Assembly (NCBI GenBank): GCA_028693395.1
Contig: JAQUVJ010000001.1
Location: 46,387 to 110,386 of the forward strand
Length of the DNA stretch: 64,000 nt
Source of the DNA: Candidatus Nanoarchaeia archaeon
Lineage (GTDB): Archaea > Nanobdellota > Nanobdellia > Woesearchaeales > JAQUVJ01
Direction: 5' to 3'
Shown here: positions 1 to 11,025 of the stretch, piece by piece
How the letters are laid out: each line of letters opens with the position of its first letter
How positions within the stretch are numbered: the first letter of the stretch is position 1
The notes under the pieces: model-generated
The model's database searches: none
What the model was told of the DNA's origin: nothing
The model's input: the letters and a program-made list of their open reading frames with translations, nothing else
Made by a program: the position numbers and the translations under genes

Positions 1-631
1 ATGTTTTTTCGTAATTTTCTTTTAATTCTTTTGCATTATTAATACTTCCTAATAATTCTCCATAATTTATTGGAATAGCATATTCTGGTTTTATTTCATT
101 GCATAAATTTGCTGCTTCATTTGCATCCATAACAAATTGACCACAAACAGGAAGAAATAAAAAATCTGTCTGAATATCTTTCATTTCATCTATAAAATCC
201 GAATCTCCTGTATAATAAAATTTTATTCCATCAATATTTATTAAATATCCAATCCAACCTCTATGTTTTTGATGAAATTTTTTTGAATTATTATACGCTG
301 GAATTGCTTTTATTCTCATTAAATTTCCATTGTATCTTATTTCTTTTGTTTCATTTACATTCATAAAGATTACATTTTCCATATCTTTTACTTTTTCTTT
401 CATACTATATGGTAAAATAAAAGTAGTTGATTCAACTTGTATTTTTTTTATGTCTTCTAAACTAAAATGATCAAAATGTTCATGAGTAATAAAAATAAAA
501 TCAACATCATGAAAATCAGTTTTCAATCTATAAGGATCTATTGCTAATTTTATATTCTCAAATTCAATCATGATAGTTGCATGACCCATTTTTTTTATTT
601 GAAATTCTTTTTCTTTATATTGAAATTTCAT
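1..631 (-). CDS. Metallo-beta-lactamase-fold metal-dependent hydrolase, partial; the C-terminus runs off the window edge
   Basis: Minus-strand reading frame opens with ATG at 629-631 (MKFQYKEKEFQIKKMGHATIMIEF...) and contains the MBL His motif ITHEHFDHF. A GGAGGAG Shine-Dalgarno-like sequence lies about 6 nt upstream, inside the RPA stop region. The frame stays open to position 1. Confidence 0.6.
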   Translation of the reverse strand, partial: MKFQYKEKEFQIKKMGHATIMIEFENIKLAIDPYRLKTDFHDVDFIFITHEHFDHFSLEDIKKIQVESTTFILPYSMKEKVKDMENVIFMNVNETKEIRYNGNLMRIKAIPAYNNSKKFHQKHRGWIGYLINIDGIKFYYTGDSDFIDEMKDIQTDFLFLPVCGQFVMDANEAANLCNEIKPEYAIPINYGELLGSINNAKELKENYEKT

Positions 632-632
632 T

Positions 633-1817
633 CTACTCCTCCATTAAAGATTCAATATCATCTAAAATTTCATCTTCTTCTAAAACTTCATCGAATTCAT
701 CTTCACTTTCTAAGGATATTTTTTCTACTTCTTTTTTATCTTTTTCATTATTCTTAGTTGTTTTCTTTTGTGTATCTTTTTCTGATTTATCAGATTTATC
801 TAATTTTTCTAATTTATTTTTTTTATCTTTTTTATTATCAACATCACTATCATCACTTTCTTTTACTTCATTTGATCTTGAAACAAATTCTTTTTCTTCA
901 GATGCAGATATATCAAAAGTAAAATCTCTTGCATTTAATTCTATTCTATCAAAAGATTGATTATAATTAACTTTAGCTTTTACTTTTATCATTTTTGCAA
1001 TTAACTCTCTTCTTTTTTCTGAAAATTCAATAGGATTTTCTTTATATTGTAAAGGATTTTCAATCATTTTTTCAACTAAATCATTAAAAAAAGTACATCT
1101 AATATTAGCCGTTCCATCATCAACTACAAAAGAAAATATGAATAAATTATTTGGTTCAACTTTTCCATGTTCTTGACATTCTTGATTTTCAATTTTTTTA
1201 TTACATTTAGGACATCTTTCATAAATTTTTATATCATAAACTTGAACTATTGGTCCTAATATTTCTACAAAATTATCATCCACTGAGATTTCACTAATTT
1301 TTCTTTTTTCATACTCTACTGATTTTACATGAACTCCTTTTGGATTAACTAAAACTTCAGTATATCTTGAAACTTGTAATTCCACCCTGTCTTGATTCAT
1401 TCTTGAGTATGCTGATTTTATATGAATAACATCTCCTGGTTTTATCTTTTCCAAAATTTCTGTTTTTTCATTCCAGAAAACAACTCTAATCATTCCAGTT
1501 TCATCTCCTATCAAAATATTACCAACTTTTCCTGTAGCAAATTCTCTTATTGGATAAACTGAAATAACATTACCATAACATTCAACATTTCTCATAGAAT
1601 CTTCAATATTTTTTATTTTTAAAACATCAGGTATTCTTTCTATTAAATCAACACCTAATTCGTTTGCAATTATATGCAATAAACCATTTTGAGAAACTTT
1701 AACAGGGAATTTCTTTTTTTTAGATTCAATCATTTCATTAATTTCTTCTTCACTTTTTTTAGATTTTTCAACAATCAACCTTAACAATTCTTCATAATTA
1801 TCTGACATTAATCCCAC
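633..1817 (-). CDS. rpa: Replication protein A-like ssDNA-binding protein with OB folds and a zinc ribbon
   Basis: 394 aa. Tandem OB-fold-like segments, a C4-type ribbon (CPKCNKK...CQEHG) and an acidic C-terminal tail (ESEDEFDEVLEEDEILDD). Typical archaeal RPA architecture. Confidence 0.65.
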   Translation of the reverse strand: MGLMSDNYEELLRLIVEKSKKSEEEINEMIESKKKKFPVKVSQNGLLHIIANELGVDLIERIPDVLKIKNIEDSMRNVECYGNVISVYPIREFATGKVGNILIGDETGMIRVVFWNEKTEILEKIKPGDVIHIKSAYSRMNQDRVELQVSRYTEVLVNPKGVHVKSVEYEKRKISEISVDDNFVEILGPIVQVYDIKIYERCPKCNKKIENQECQEHGKVEPNNLFIFSFVVDDGTANIRCTFFNDLVEKMIENPLQYKENPIEFSEKRRELIAKMIKVKAKVNYNQSFDRIELNARDFTFDISASEEKEFVSRSNEVKESDDSDVDNKKDKKNKLEKLDKSDKSEKDTQKKTTKNNEKDKKEVEKISLESEDEFDEVLEEDEILDDIESLMEE

Positions 1818-2029
1818 CTAATAATAAAAACGAACAATTATATATAATCTTTTTTAATATTAAATTACTATATTTTTCTTTTTTTATTATATATTTTTTA
1901 GGTCTACTAATATATTAATTTAACTTTAATATGTTTATAACATTTCTATTTTTGGAAAAAATATTCATTTAGAATTTCTTTTATGATATCTAAAGTAATA
2001 ATAATTGTAATATAATAATAATGATAATA

Positions 2030-2200
2030 ATAATAATAATAATTAATAAGAAAAATTAAAAAAGGAAAAAGAGAAAAGGAAAATTAAAAAAAAATTAAAA
2101 AAAATAAAAGATAATAAAAAAAAAGAAATAAAAAAAGAAATAAAAAAGAAAAAAAACATTAAAAATTAAAAGAAAAAAAAAGAAAAAAAGAAAAAAATTA
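2030..2200. repeat. Strand-biased polypurine (A/G-only) tract
   Basis: About 170 nt of the + strand consist almost exclusively of A and G (aaaaggaaaaagagaaaagg...). It lies in the rpa/dsbA-like intergenic region. Confidence 0.6.
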
Positions 2201-3547
2201 ACAAGAACCAGCAGCACTTGCTCCTGTATCACTCAATTGAGAACCACATTGAGATGGTCTACTTTCTGCATCAAAATAACTACATAAAGTATTCTTGTAA
2301 TATTCTCCTGTTCTTCCACCACCTGCTAATACTCCATCAACAAAAACTGTTGGAGAACCTGAGACTCCCATAAAGTTTCCTACCAATATTTGATCATCTA
2401 ACATTGATTGAACTCTTTCATTGTCATTAAAACATGATTTAACTTTATTTATGTCAATACCATTATCTAATGCAATAGATTCCCATTTTGAATTTATATT
2501 AGTATAACTTAAAGTTTGTTCATAATATTGATCTCTAATTTGTCCAATATATGATAAAAATTTATCTTCTTGATCTTCAAATATACATAATTGTCTAATA
2601 TTTTCTTCTAATTCTTCTACACCATGTAAAGAACAATAATATTTATCTCCTATTAATTTACAATTTCCTAAATTTGAAGTTGCAGAATTCATAACAAACC
2701 ATGGCTTATAATCAACTGTATCTCCTAAAAGTTCTAATGCTTCTAAGATTCCATCTTCTGCTTGTATTCCGTATGGACAAAAACTCATTACAAAAAAATC
2801 TATTTTTGGTTTATCAGATGTTCCTAATAATTCTAAAGCTTGTTGTCTTTTTTCTTCATATTCTGATTCAATTTCTTCTCTTACTAATGGATCTAATTCA
2901 TATAACATTTCTTGTCCATTTCCACTTAAAATTAAATCACTTAATTGATATTTATTTTCCGATTTTAATTCAAAATATTCTTCATATCCATCAATTCCTT
3001 TAAATGCTAAATTATCTGCTTTTGCTTCTAATAAAACAGCAGGTACTCTTTCTAAATTATATTCTTGAATTAATTTTTGAGCTTCTTTTGAGTTATATTC
3101 ATAAACAATATTATTTACTTTCAAATCTGTTATTTGAATAAACAATTGTTCATGAGTAGCTTTAACCATATCTAAATAATCACTACTACAATATGTACAA
3201 TCAATTGGTGGTTTTATGTAATAAAAAGTAATTTCATCTTTAAATTCTATTGGTTGATTTTTTTGATAATCAACACTACCTCTAGTTGAAAAAGCATAAA
3301 TTGTTAATATTGATAAAATTAATATAATTGATAATAATATAAATGTAGAATTTTCTTTTATAAATAATAATGTTTTTTTTACAAAACTTTCTTTAACTTC
3401 AACTTTTTTAACTTTTTCTTTTGAAACATTTTCTTTTTTTACTTCTGCAACATTTTCACTTGCAGTCTTTGTATGAACTCTTTCTATTTTTCTATGGTCA
3501 TGACCATTTTTTGTTATTTTCTTATTTATCGGTTTCTTTTCTACCAT
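2198..3547 (-). CDS. Membrane-anchored thiol:disulfide oxidoreductase with tandem thioredoxin/DsbA-like domains
   Basis: 449 aa. K-rich N-terminus, one TM helix (FILLSIILILSILTIYAF), CxxC-type motifs (CTYCS, SFCPYG) and a DsbA-like C-terminal segment (GVSGSPTVFVDG). Confidence 0.5.
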   Translation of the reverse strand: MVEKKPINKKITKNGHDHRKIERVHTKTASENVAEVKKENVSKEKVKKVEVKESFVKKTLLFIKENSTFILLSIILILSILTIYAFSTRGSVDYQKNQPIEFKDEITFYYIKPPIDCTYCSSDYLDMVKATHEQLFIQITDLKVNNIVYEYNSKEAQKLIQEYNLERVPAVLLEAKADNLAFKGIDGYEEYFELKSENKYQLSDLILSGNGQEMLYELDPLVREEIESEYEEKRQQALELLGTSDKPKIDFFVMSFCPYGIQAEDGILEALELLGDTVDYKPWFVMNSATSNLGNCKLIGDKYYCSLHGVEELEENIRQLCIFEDQEDKFLSYIGQIRDQYYEQTLSYTNINSKWESIALDNGIDINKVKSCFNDNERVQSMLDDQILVGNFMGVSGSPTVFVDGVLAGGGRTGEYYKNTLCSYFDAESRPSQCGSQLSDTGASAAGSC

Positions 3548-3782
3548 GAAATCACCATAAACATATTTTATATTCTTATAAAATGTTTATATTTTTTAAA
3601 AATTATAATAAATTATATTGTTTTATTTATAATATTTGTGATTTTTATTAAATTTTATTATTATTTAAATTTTAATATTTATGTTTTAATATTTTTTTAT
3701 TTTTGCTTTTAATATATTTTTTATTATAATAACACTATTATTTATGAAAAAACATATGAAAATAAAAAAACAAAATATATTA

Positions 3783-3816
<34 letters not shown>

Positions 3817-3886
3817 TATAATATAATATAAATTATCAAAAATTAATATAAAAATATCATTTACACTTTTTAAAATATTAAAAAGA

Positions 3887-6166
3887 TTAAGAATTATTTT
3901 TCTTTAATGGTTCTATATGTTTACATTTTGGATATCCACTACATCCATAAAATGCACCATAAATTCCCTTTCTTAAAATCAATTCTTTTCCACATTTTGG
4001 ACAAATCTTTTTTTCTTTTTCTATGTTATCTAAATCTACACCTTGATTTTTTCCAGAACAATCTTTGTTAATACAAACTTCATTTTTATTTTTTCCATTT
4101 GTAATTTTAACAATAGGATATCCACATTTTTCACATGCTTTTACATATTTGAAAACTTTTGCTTTTGGAAGTGAAACTTTTAATCCACAAGAATTACATG
4201 CTACAAAAAATCCATAAGGGCCTTTTTTTAATTCAAATGGTGCTTTACATTTTGGACATTCTCCAAAATTATTTTTTTGTTCAACGTGTTTTCTATTTGC
4301 AGATTCTAGTGATTTTCCTATTTCTTCTTCTTTTTCTTTAAATGATTTAAACATTTTATCTAAAACAATTTTTGCTTCATCAATAACATCTTGACTTGTT
4401 TTTTTATCTTTTCTAATATCTTCCATTTCTTCTTCAAAATGTCGTGTTAAATCTTCTTTTACTATCTCTTCACAATAAATTTCCATTGTTTCAGTTAATT
4501 TTATTCCTAATTTTGTTGCAGTTAAACTTTTTCCTTCAACATACTCTCTTTTAAATAATGTTTCAATAATATCTGCTCTTGTTGCTTTTGTTCCTAAATT
4601 TCTTTTTTCTAATTCTTTTAATAAGGATGCACTTGTATATCTTGATGGCGGTTGAGTTTCTTTTATATAACCAAATAAATTTTCTATATTTAATATTTCA
4701 TTTTCTTTAACTTCATACAAAGTCATATCTGTAAAACTTATTGGATAAACTTCTAACCATTTTTTTTCTTTAATTCTTGAAGCATTTGCTTGAAAACTAA
4801 CATCATTTACTATACCAATAATTGCTTGAGATTCTCTTGTCGCAGCTTCATAAAAACAAGCTAAAAATCTTTTTACGACTAAATCAAATAAATTTTGTTC
4901 TTCTTTTGATAAACTGTTTGGAATATTTCCTGTTGGATAAATAGCAGGGTGTGCTTCATCATCCTTTGGTCCTTCATTTGGATTTATTCTATTATTTTCT
5001 AATAAATAATTTGCAAATTTTTTATAATTTTGAAGTTCTGATATCTTTTGAATTATATTTTTTAAACCTAATGTTTTAGGTAATTTTTGAGAAGATGTTC
5101 TTGGATATGATATAAAACCTCCTAAATATAATTTTTCTGCTATATCTAATGTTTTTTTTGGATCATATCTAAACAATCTATGAGATTCTGTTTGGAAATC
5201 AGTTAAATTAAAAGGAAAAGGTGGATTTACTTTTGAATCTTTTTTGTTGACTTCAGAAACTTTTATTGTTTTTTTATCTTTTACTTTATCTAAAATTTCT
5301 TGACTTTGTTTTTCATCTAATTTATCCTTATATTTGAAAACGATTAAATTAGATTTTGATGTTTCAACAAAATCTTCTTCTGTGGATTCTGAATCATTTT
5401 TTTTCTTTTTTGTTTTCTTTTTTTCTTTATCTCTTTTATCAACTATTTGAAAATTATAATTTGTTTGATCTTTTGTTGCCTCTATTTCAACTTCATAATA
5501 TGTTTCTGGCTTAAAATCTAATATTTCTTTTTCTCTATCTACAATTATTTTTAGAGATGGTCCTTGAACTCTTCCCATTGATAAAAGTTTGAAAGAATTT
5601 GTTGCATTTTTCATTGCTAATGTTAGAGCTCTTGAAAAATTAATACCATAATACCAATCTAAAACGTGCCTTGTCATTCCTGCATAAGCTTGTCCATAAT
5701 CAATTGTTTTTAATTTATTTTCATATGCTTTTACAACATCAGGTTTTGTTAATGTCGAGAATTTCATTCTTTGAGCAATATCAGTATTAAAAATATGTTT
5801 TAAAATGTTGTAACCAATAACTTCCCCTTCAACATCATAATCTGTTGCAATTGTAAATTCATCTACTTCTTTTTTTAAAGATTGAAATAATTTCAAATAA
5901 GGTTTTGCATAATCTGCTCCCTTATTTACTTCACATGTTGGAGCCCATTCTACATCATATAAAGGATATTCAAAAGAATTTTTATTTTTTGATGTTAATG
6001 TAAATAAATGTCCAACACCAGATGCAACAATTATTTCTTTATTATCTCTTTTTATTTTATAATAAGGAGCTTTTCCATTTGATAACTTCGTTGAACCTTG
6101 TGTTGCAAGTGCTAATGCTATTTTATTTGCTTGAGAAGGTTTTTCACATATAATTAATTCTACCAT
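3887..6166 (-). CDS. topA: DNA topoisomerase type IA (TopA/Topo III-like) with C-terminal zinc ribbons
   Basis: 759 aa. N-terminal Toprim (MVELIICEKPSQANKIA, TDYDVEGE), a central topoisomerase IA core and three C4 zinc ribbons at the C-terminus (CPKCKAPF...CNSCG; CEKCGYP; CPKCGKEL...CSGYPKC). Confidence 0.85.
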   Translation of the reverse strand: MVELIICEKPSQANKIALALATQGSTKLSNGKAPYYKIKRDNKEIIVASGVGHLFTLTSKNKNSFEYPLYDVEWAPTCEVNKGADYAKPYLKLFQSLKKEVDEFTIATDYDVEGEVIGYNILKHIFNTDIAQRMKFSTLTKPDVVKAYENKLKTIDYGQAYAGMTRHVLDWYYGINFSRALTLAMKNATNSFKLLSMGRVQGPSLKIIVDREKEILDFKPETYYEVEIEATKDQTNYNFQIVDKRDKEKKKTKKKKNDSESTEEDFVETSKSNLIVFKYKDKLDEKQSQEILDKVKDKKTIKVSEVNKKDSKVNPPFPFNLTDFQTESHRLFRYDPKKTLDIAEKLYLGGFISYPRTSSQKLPKTLGLKNIIQKISELQNYKKFANYLLENNRINPNEGPKDDEAHPAIYPTGNIPNSLSKEEQNLFDLVVKRFLACFYEAATRESQAIIGIVNDVSFQANASRIKEKKWLEVYPISFTDMTLYEVKENEILNIENLFGYIKETQPPSRYTSASLLKELEKRNLGTKATRADIIETLFKREYVEGKSLTATKLGIKLTETMEIYCEEIVKEDLTRHFEEEMEDIRKDKKTSQDVIDEAKIVLDKMFKSFKEKEEEIGKSLESANRKHVEQKNNFGECPKCKAPFELKKGPYGFFVACNSCGLKVSLPKAKVFKYVKACEKCGYPIVKITNGKNKNEVCINKDCSGKNQGVDLDNIEKEKKICPKCGKELILRKGIYGAFYGCSGYPKCKHIEPLKKNNS

Positions 6167-6442
6167 TAAAGTTTTAGAGGAACGAATTATTATTTAAATT
6201 TAATCAAAGTAAAGTTATAATAAATTAAGATTTGTTACACTTATTTATACGATATTTTTATTTATATGAAAATCTAAAAATCATATATAAATTAACAAAA
6301 TAAAAATATAATAATAACAAAATAAGAAGGTAACAAACTATAAAATAACAAGCTATAAAATAATAAGAAATAAAATAACAAGATAAAAAAAAGATAATAA
6401 AATTATAATAATAAAATAATAAAATAATAAAAATAAAAAAAA

Positions 6443-6826
6443 TTAATTAGAAATCCATACACCATGAATATTGCATAAAATTCTAGCAGAAACACCAGTT
6501 GTTTGTGTTAATTCGAATTCTGCAACAGGTTCATCACCAGGATACAATCTTTTTCCGGCAACAACATCTCCATCTTTTAATAATTGAATTAAAGATATAT
6601 AATGATTTTCTTCCATTGGATGACTAACACTTCCAACTTTTACTTTCACAGTATTTCCATCTATTTCAATAACTGGAACATGTTTTTCTTTACCTTCCTT
6701 TTCTTGTGTTTTTTCTTCCATTAATAACATTTCTTGACCGCAACAAACTAAATCTCCACCGCCAACAACAAGTAAACTAATAGTATTTCCGCATACTTCA
6801 CATTTATAGATATTTCCTTCTTTCAT
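6443..6826 (-). CDS. dfx: Desulfoferrodoxin (2Fe superoxide reductase)
   Basis: 127 aa. N-terminal desulforedoxin-like CxxC...CC motif (CEVCGN...VCCG) and a C-terminal neelaredoxin-type centre with His/Cys ligands (HVPVIE...HPMEENHYI...CNIHG). Confidence 0.7.
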   Translation of the reverse strand: MKEGNIYKCEVCGNTISLLVVGGGDLVCCGQEMLLMEEKTQEKEGKEKHVPVIEIDGNTVKVKVGSVSHPMEENHYISLIQLLKDGDVVAGKRLYPGDEPVAEFELTQTTGVSARILCNIHGVWISN

Positions 6827-6960
6827 TTTTACACCTCTTAAATTAGATATTAACTAATTATTCAAATCAATTTATAAAGATTTCTCATTATGTTGATTTA
6901 TAATTATTAGAAATATTATATGGTATATTAAAGATTTATTAATTATTATCTTTATTTTTT

Positions 6961-7075
6961 ATTATCTTTTGTGTGTGTTTTGTTTTTTTTGTTCTTTTCT
7001 TTTTTTTTCTTTTTTGTTCTTTTTTTTGTTTTTTCTTTTTTGTTCTTTTTTTTGTTTTTTTTGTGTTTTTATTAT
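6961..7075. repeat. Strand-biased polypyrimidine tract with degenerate TTTTTTGTTC(T) tandem units
   Basis: The + strand is almost exclusively T/C/G for about 115 nt, and the unit 'ttttttgttctttt' is reiterated. The tract sits in the divergent intergenic region between dfx and the 7369 ORF. Confidence 0.6.
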
Positions 7076-7368
7076 TTTATTTTTATTATTTTTTTTCTTT
7101 GTTTAAATTTTATTTAAATTTAAACTTAAAATATTTTACTAAAATTATTTATAATTTATATTAAATTAATCTAAAGAATAGTTAAAAAATAATTAATGAT
7201 AATAATATAAATATAACAATAAATATAATAAATATTTATATAATTAACTAATTTAATAAATGATAATATTGTTTACAATAATAAAATAATTATAATGAAA
7301 AGAACAAAAAATAAAAAAATAAAAAATAAAGAAATAATTAAAAAATAATTAAAAAAACGGAAATAAAA

Positions 7369-7881
7369 ATGGAGAAATCAATAAAAAATAAATTCAGAAT
7401 TTCACATAACATCTCAAATAAAAAAATTAAATTGATTAATAATAAAAAAGGAGATTTTAATTTTTTTTTATTTCTAACTGCAGTTGTAATGTTAGTTTTA
7501 GCTATTGGATATTCTTCAATATCAAATAGCAAAGCAAAAGATAATGTTAATTTTTTTGAAAGTTTACAAAAAGAAATAACATCACTTGCATCAAATATAA
7601 AAAAAAATCATGTTTTAAATCATTTCTTATATAGAGAATTAGCAAACAAAGTTGAATCTCAAGCAAAAGATAATTTTAATAATATGATTGAAAATTGTGA
7701 TGAGAAAATATTTGAAATATGTTTGATTGATTCATTAGATTTTGAATTATATACCTCAGAAATGAATGAATATAAAAAATCAATTTTGTTTACAGGAGAT
7801 AATAATAATAGATTTGTACAAGAAAATTTATTATATGTTGAAAATGAAAATGGAGTTTTTATTATACCTCAAGAAAATTAA
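7369..7881 (+). CDS. Hypothetical membrane-anchored protein; possibly a pilin-like class III signal peptide
   Basis: 170 aa. Basic N-terminus (NKKIKLINNKKG) followed by a hydrophobic helix (FNFFLFLTAVVMLVLAIGY). No recognisable catalytic motif. Confidence 0.35.
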   Translation: MEKSIKNKFRISHNISNKKIKLINNKKGDFNFFLFLTAVVMLVLAIGYSSISNSKAKDNVNFFESLQKEITSLASNIKKNHVLNHFLYRELANKVESQAKDNFNNMIENCDEKIFEICLIDSLDFELYTSEMNEYKKSILFTGDNNNRFVQENLLYVENENGVFIIPQEN

Positions 7882-8182
7882 ATTATTGTTTCAATCTTTC
7901 TATGATGAAAATATACAATTATTAACTAAAAATACAACCTAAATGTATATAAAAAATAACAATAGAAATAATTGAAATTTTAATTAAAAATAAATTAAAA
8001 ATAAAATTCTAAATCAAAAAATAAAAAGAAAAAAAGTAAAATAAATAAAAGTAAAAATAAAAAAAAGTAAAATAAATAAATAAATAAAATTAAGAATCAT
8101 ATTTTTCTATATAATATTTTTTTAAATATATTTTTATTAATCAAAATAAATATATATTATATGTCTGAAATAAGTATACAAT

Positions 8183-9778
8183 ATGGATAGAAAATATATT
8201 GTAATTACCGGAGGAGTAATCTCTGGATTAGGTAAAGGAATCGCTGCTGCTTCTATTGGAAGACTTCTTTCTCAAAAATATAATATTGTTCCTATAAAAT
8301 GTGATGGTTATCTTAATGTTGATCCTGGAACTATGAATCCTGTTGAACATGGTGAAGTGTTTGTTCTTGATGATGGAACTGAAGTTGATATGGATTTTGG
8401 ACATTATGAAAGATTCTTAAATACAACATGTAAAGGTAATCAAAATCTAACAATGGGAAAAGTCTTTGAAGAAATCAGAAAAAAAGAAAGAAAAGGAGAT
8501 TTTCTTGGTAAAACAGTTCAATTTGTTCCTCATGTTTCTGAATTTATATTAAATTGGTGGGAAAATGTATCAGATCAAAATAAATCTGATATTACTTTAA
8601 TTGAAATTGGAGGTACTATTGGAGATATTGAAAATGAATTATATGTCGAGGCAGCAAGACTTTTACAAATAAAACATGGAAGACAAAATGTTATGTTTGC
8701 ACATTTAACTTATGTACCAATTCCTAGTGGAGTTGATGAACAAAAATCAAAACCTACTCAACAATCACTTTCACTATTAAGACAAAGAGGAATTAATCCT
8801 GATATTGTAATGTGTAGATGTAAAGAATTTCTAACAGATAATATAAAAAATAAAATTGCTTCTTTTTGTAATCTTGATATAAACAATATTATAACTGCAA
8901 TTGATGTAGATACTGTTTATAAGATTCCTACAAAATTTAACGAACAAGGAGTTTTAAAAATAATTCAAGAAAGACTAAATATTGAAAAATTTGATTATAT
9001 AGATAATTGGAATGATTTATTTGTTAAACATGAAAAAAAAATAACAATTGCAATTTGTGGTAAATATACAAACTTAGAAGATTCTTATGCATCTGTTGTT
9101 GAAGCTTTATGGCATAGTAGTTTAAGACAAAATGTAGATGTTGAAATAAAGTTCTTTGATACACAAAAATTTGAATCCAATAAAAAAGAAGAAGAATTTG
9201 AAAAATTAAAAAAATGTGATGGAATAATAATTCCAGGTGGTTTTGGTTCTAGAGGAGTTGAAGGAAAAATTGAAATTATAAAATATGCAAGAGAAAATAA
9301 CATCCCTTTTCTAGGAATTTGTTATGGACTTCAACTTGCGGTTGTTGAATTTGCAAGAAACATATGTAATTTAACTGATGCAAATACTACTGAAATAAAT
9401 CCTGAAACAAAAAACCCAATTATAACAATTTTAGAAGATAAAAAAAATGAAAAAAACATAGGAGGAACATTAAGAAAAGGTTCTTATAAGGCGATAATAA
9501 AAGAAAACACAAAAATATTTGAATTATACAATTCTAATGTTGCATATGAAAGACACAGACATAGATATGAAGTAAATCCATTATTTCATGAAACATTAGA
9601 AGAAAATGGTTTGAGTCTTTGTGCAATGAGTCCTGAAGGAAAACTTGTTGAGTTTATAGAAAACAAAAATAATGATTATTTTGTTGCAACTCAAGCACAT
9701 CCTGAATTAAAAAGTTCATTTGATAAACCTGCACCACTTTTTTGGGGGTTAATTGATGCATGTATAAAAAGAAAATGA
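8183..9778 (+). CDS. pyrG: CTP synthase
   Basis: 531 aa. Canonical N-terminus (YIVITGGVISGLGKG) and a C-terminal class I glutamine amidotransferase domain (GICYGLQ, HPE). Confidence 0.9.
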   Translation: MDRKYIVITGGVISGLGKGIAAASIGRLLSQKYNIVPIKCDGYLNVDPGTMNPVEHGEVFVLDDGTEVDMDFGHYERFLNTTCKGNQNLTMGKVFEEIRKKERKGDFLGKTVQFVPHVSEFILNWWENVSDQNKSDITLIEIGGTIGDIENELYVEAARLLQIKHGRQNVMFAHLTYVPIPSGVDEQKSKPTQQSLSLLRQRGINPDIVMCRCKEFLTDNIKNKIASFCNLDINNIITAIDVDTVYKIPTKFNEQGVLKIIQERLNIEKFDYIDNWNDLFVKHEKKITIAICGKYTNLEDSYASVVEALWHSSLRQNVDVEIKFFDTQKFESNKKEEEFEKLKKCDGIIIPGGFGSRGVEGKIEIIKYARENNIPFLGICYGLQLAVVEFARNICNLTDANTTEINPETKNPIITILEDKKNEKNIGGTLRKGSYKAIIKENTKIFELYNSNVAYERHRHRYEVNPLFHETLEENGLSLCAMSPEGKLVEFIENKNNDYFVATQAHPELKSSFDKPAPLFWGLIDACIKRK

Positions 9779-9955
9779 TTTTTTATTATTTATTATTTTT
9801 TTATTAATTCTTTTGTTTATTTTGTTTATTTTTTGTTTATTTTTTTATCTTTTTATTTTTTAATTATTCTTTGTTTAATTGTATATTTTATTTTCAAATC
9901 TATAAAAAAATAAAATAAGTTTAAATATTATATAAATAATAAAGAAATGATTTAA

Positions 9956-10942
9956 ATGCCAATAATAGAAGTAAAAAACATTCGAAAAGAATTTAAAATT
10001 CCTAAAAAAAAAGAAAATTTATCGAAATTTAAACAAAAATTAGGAATATTTTATAGAGAATGGGAAAAAAAGATTGCTGTAGATGATATTTCTTTTGAAA
10101 TAGAACAAGGAGAATTTGTTGGATATATTGGTGCAAATGGTGCAGGGAAAAGTACAACAATAAAAATGCTTACAGGAATATTAACACCAAATAGTGGAAC
10201 AATAAAAATAATGAATTACGAACCTTCAAAAGACAGAATAAAATATACTCAAAATATTGGTGTTGTTTTTGGTCAAAGAAAAAATTTAATCTATGATATT
10301 CCTATAAAAGATTCTTATGGGATTTTTAGAACTATTTACGATATTCCTAAAGATGTATTTAAAGAAAGACTTAACAATTTAGTAAAAACAATGGAAATAG
10401 AAAACATAATGGAAGTTCCTTATAGAAAATTAAGTCTAGGTGAACAAATGAGAGCAGAAATTGTTTCCTGTTTTTTACACAATCCAAAAATTGTATTTTT
10501 AGATGAACCAACTATTGGATTAGATGTATATGCTAAACACAAAATAAGAGAATTTCTAAAAAAAATAAATAAAGAAGACAATGTAACAATTATTTTAACA
10601 ACTCATGATACACTTGATATAGAAGAACTTGCAAAAAGAATAATATTAATTGATGAAGGAAAAAAAATGTTTGATGGAACATTAAATGAATTTAAAAAAA
10701 TAAATTCTAGTAAAAAGAAAATTGAAGTTTTTTGTAAAGAAAAACCAATTGATTTTTTAAATAAAAATTCTTTTATTTCAGCATGGGATGATAATGAATT
10801 AAAATTAACAATTAACATAGAAAAAACAAATAATTTTAAAGATATAATAATAAAAATTATAGAAGAAATAGATTTCATTGATATCAAAATAGAAGATGAA
10901 TCTTTAGAAGAAATGATAAAAAGAATTTACAAAAAAGAATAA
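9956..10942 (+). CDS. ABC transporter ATP-binding protein, ABC-2 type
   Basis: 328 aa. Walker A (GANGAGKST), signature/Q-loop region (LSLGEQMR) and Walker B (IVFLDEPTIGLD). Confidence 0.8.
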   Translation: MPIIEVKNIRKEFKIPKKKENLSKFKQKLGIFYREWEKKIAVDDISFEIEQGEFVGYIGANGAGKSTTIKMLTGILTPNSGTIKIMNYEPSKDRIKYTQNIGVVFGQRKNLIYDIPIKDSYGIFRTIYDIPKDVFKERLNNLVKTMEIENIMEVPYRKLSLGEQMRAEIVSCFLHNPKIVFLDEPTIGLDVYAKHKIREFLKKINKEDNVTIILTTHDTLDIEELAKRIILIDEGKKMFDGTLNEFKKINSSKKKIEVFCKEKPIDFLNKNSFISAWDDNELKLTINIEKTNNFKDIIIKIIEEIDFIDIKIEDESLEEMIKRIYKKE

Positions 10943-11025
10943 TTAATTAAAGTAGACAATTCTTTTTAAATCTCATAAAAAAATAATGTTAAATATAATA
11001 AATAAAAAAACTAAGTGTAAAACAA

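Noticed and set aside
577-960. 127-aa + strand ORF
   Set aside because: Antisense to the C-terminal acidic tail and OB region of the RPA gene. Its S/F/L-rich composition is typical of antisense frames in AT-rich genes.
2701-3003. 100-aa + strand ORF inside the DsbA-like gene
   Set aside because: Antisense overlap with a well-supported longer CDS, and a leucine- and isoleucine-rich spurious pattern.
4159-4341. 60-aa + ORF inside topA
   Set aside because: Antisense to the conserved topoisomerase coding sequence.
6973-7164. 63-aa poly-Phe ORF
   Set aside because: Translation of the polypyrimidine T-rich tract. It is not a gene.
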